Below, in pieces: positions 62,437 through 64,000 of a DNA stretch of 64,000 nt. The stretch comes from Fimbriosthenelais zetlandica (lineage: Eukaryota), in contig OZ365118.1 in NCBI GenBank assembly GCA_977030845.1, forward strand, positions 17,422,001-17,486,000, read 5' to 3'. Both the position numbers and the translations under genes were made by a program. How positions within the stretch are numbered: position 1 is the stretch's first letter; the number at the start of each line of letters is the position of its first letter. The notes beneath the pieces are model-generated. The model was not told the DNA's origin, made no database searches, and saw nothing but the letters and a program-made list of their open reading frames with translations.

Positions 62437-63900
62437 TGAAATAAATATACTGTCAGTCCTATCCTATGGGTTTGAAATGTGGAAGTTTCCTCTGGAGGTT
62501 TTCTCACCTTGGAGACAACCTCTAAGATCTTGTAAGAAGTTTTAAACACCTTGCACGTAGCCAGGCATTATTCCTTCTCAGCCTTCAACAGTTCGCTGAC
62601 AAACTCGGGTCACCTACCCGGACCAGTACCCATACATCACCAAAACACTTCACTTTGCCGGAACTTATATGAGTGGAAAGTATTATTTTCATTAGATATT
62701 TGAAGCAGTGGGCAGGGTCAGGGGAGTGAAACTTGATTAAAGTTGTGTGACTATGATGGATTATAGGAGCGAGTGACGGGTGTATAGGGAGAGTTCTGAT
62801 GAGGAGAGACTGGCGCTATTCACCACTTGTCCAGTGCTTTACTTCTCTATAGAACACATGTTTAATATGGTTGGTGGAATAATCCACTGATCCCAGTCAC
62901 CACATAATACTGGCCTTCCTGACCGGACTTCCCGCGGCTCTCTCACCATGCCGGTCACAGCCATCAATACTGCCCACCGGCCCGGGTCCTGTCACCAATA
63001 ATGTGTGCACGTCGCCTAGCCGCCCAGTAATTTAGCCCGTAATTCACATATCAAACTCGCCAAGTGTTGCCTGCTCCAGAAGAGCACCAACTCAGCACCT
63101 CTGGCTGACCTGCATAGGCAATGAGCAGCTCGCAGACCCTGCCTATAAGAGTTGCTCACTGAGTCTATACTAGTGGACTGAGCAACTTGAAGAGGCATCG
63201 ATAGTTGTCAATGGGAACTTCACCAGTGGGGAATATCCCTCCTCAATACCTTTAAAACTTAACTCCACTGGATTGGAAATATTTGCCATTGAACTTTTAA
63301 GTTCGAAGATTTCTCTGAAATACATTTAATGGCATAAATTAAATGTCAGTGAATTGAGATTGGCATATCAATTAAGAGGGAAAATGTTGGCAAATCAAGA
63401 AATAATGTGACCGAATTCTGCAGGGATTTTGACATTCAATATGAGTTTCCATCAGGATTTCTTCCAGGATAAACTCTGCTGTGACTATGTAGTCGAGTTG
63501 GTTATTTTTAATTAGCAGACACCACATATTCACAGCAAGCACATTGACCTGTGATCTTCAAGGGCAGGCAGTATTCCATCTTCCCCTTAAGTTCTGCCTA
63601 CTTTTTCATCTACTTGGCAAGACCAGAATCTGTTTGATGGTTCTATCAAAAGACATCTCTTAAAGTCTGAGGTGGTATTAAAGTCTCATGGCCTGTGAGC
63701 CTTGCTCTGGTCCTATGAAAGTGATGTCATGTTAAAGATGAGCCATGGTTCCATCTCTCACCATCTCATCAGTCATGGCTATGTTTAATGGTGGGTGGGG
63801 TGAGGAATGACAGTATGACCCGGGAAGAAACCAACTCTACACATCTCTACATGAGCCTACCTAGACAGGTGCAGATGAGGCACCATGACCTCCTATACCT

Positions 63901-64000
63901 CTCCCTCTCTGCTTCTCTCTCACTCCCTATCTCTCTCTCTGCTTTTCTCTCTCCCGCTCTGCTACTCTCTGCTTCTCTCTCACTCTCTCTGTGCTTCTCT
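63901..64000 (+). repeat. CT-rich degenerate mini/microsatellite running off the window edge
   Basis: The unit ctctctgcttctctctcactc recurs (about 63905 and 63966) among CT repeats. Confidence 0.9.

Noticed and set aside
62508-62610. Minus-strand PEFVSELLKAEKE*, resembling the start of a RhoGEF DH domain
   Set aside because: Flanked by in-frame stops, and the similarity does not continue.
1-64000. tRNA, SINE, rRNA, snRNA and conserved bilaterian miRNA sequences
   Set aside because: A by-eye scan found only isolated B-box-like or seed-like matches (e.g. near 53552, 57166 and 60652) without A-box, cloverleaf or hairpin context. An Infernal/Rfam and tRNAscan-SE run would be decisive.

Overview
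This is not prokaryotic sequence. It reads as a gene-poor, mostly non-coding stretch of an animal genome, probably a bilaterian invertebrate (inference). The evidence is roughly 40-45% GC by eye, CpG not strongly depleted, GA/AAGG microsatellites, GT-AG splice-like signals and CTCF-like motifs. The longest ORF, 165 aa, is a translated (CT)n repeat, and no ORF matches a protein family I recognise. By manual motif scanning I found no rRNA, tRNA, CRISPR array, intact transposon, hammerhead ribozyme or known miRNA. Well-supported features are simple repeats, a degenerate 31-bp minisatellite (44.7-45.0 kb) whose units carry two mini-hairpins, several short tandem duplications, and a promoter-like cluster at 47.46-47.80 kb (NRF1-type GCGCATGCGC sites, CCAAT, GC box, ETS). 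Plausible splice donors lie on both sides of that cluster. Several short candidate exons have good splice sites, but none can be assigned to a gene, and pseudo-exons are expected by chance in 64 kb. I cannot support a claim of a new biological system. The best leads are the possible bidirectional promoter with its spliced models, the twin-hairpin minisatellite, and a codon-periodic orphan segment at 38.95-39.12 kb.
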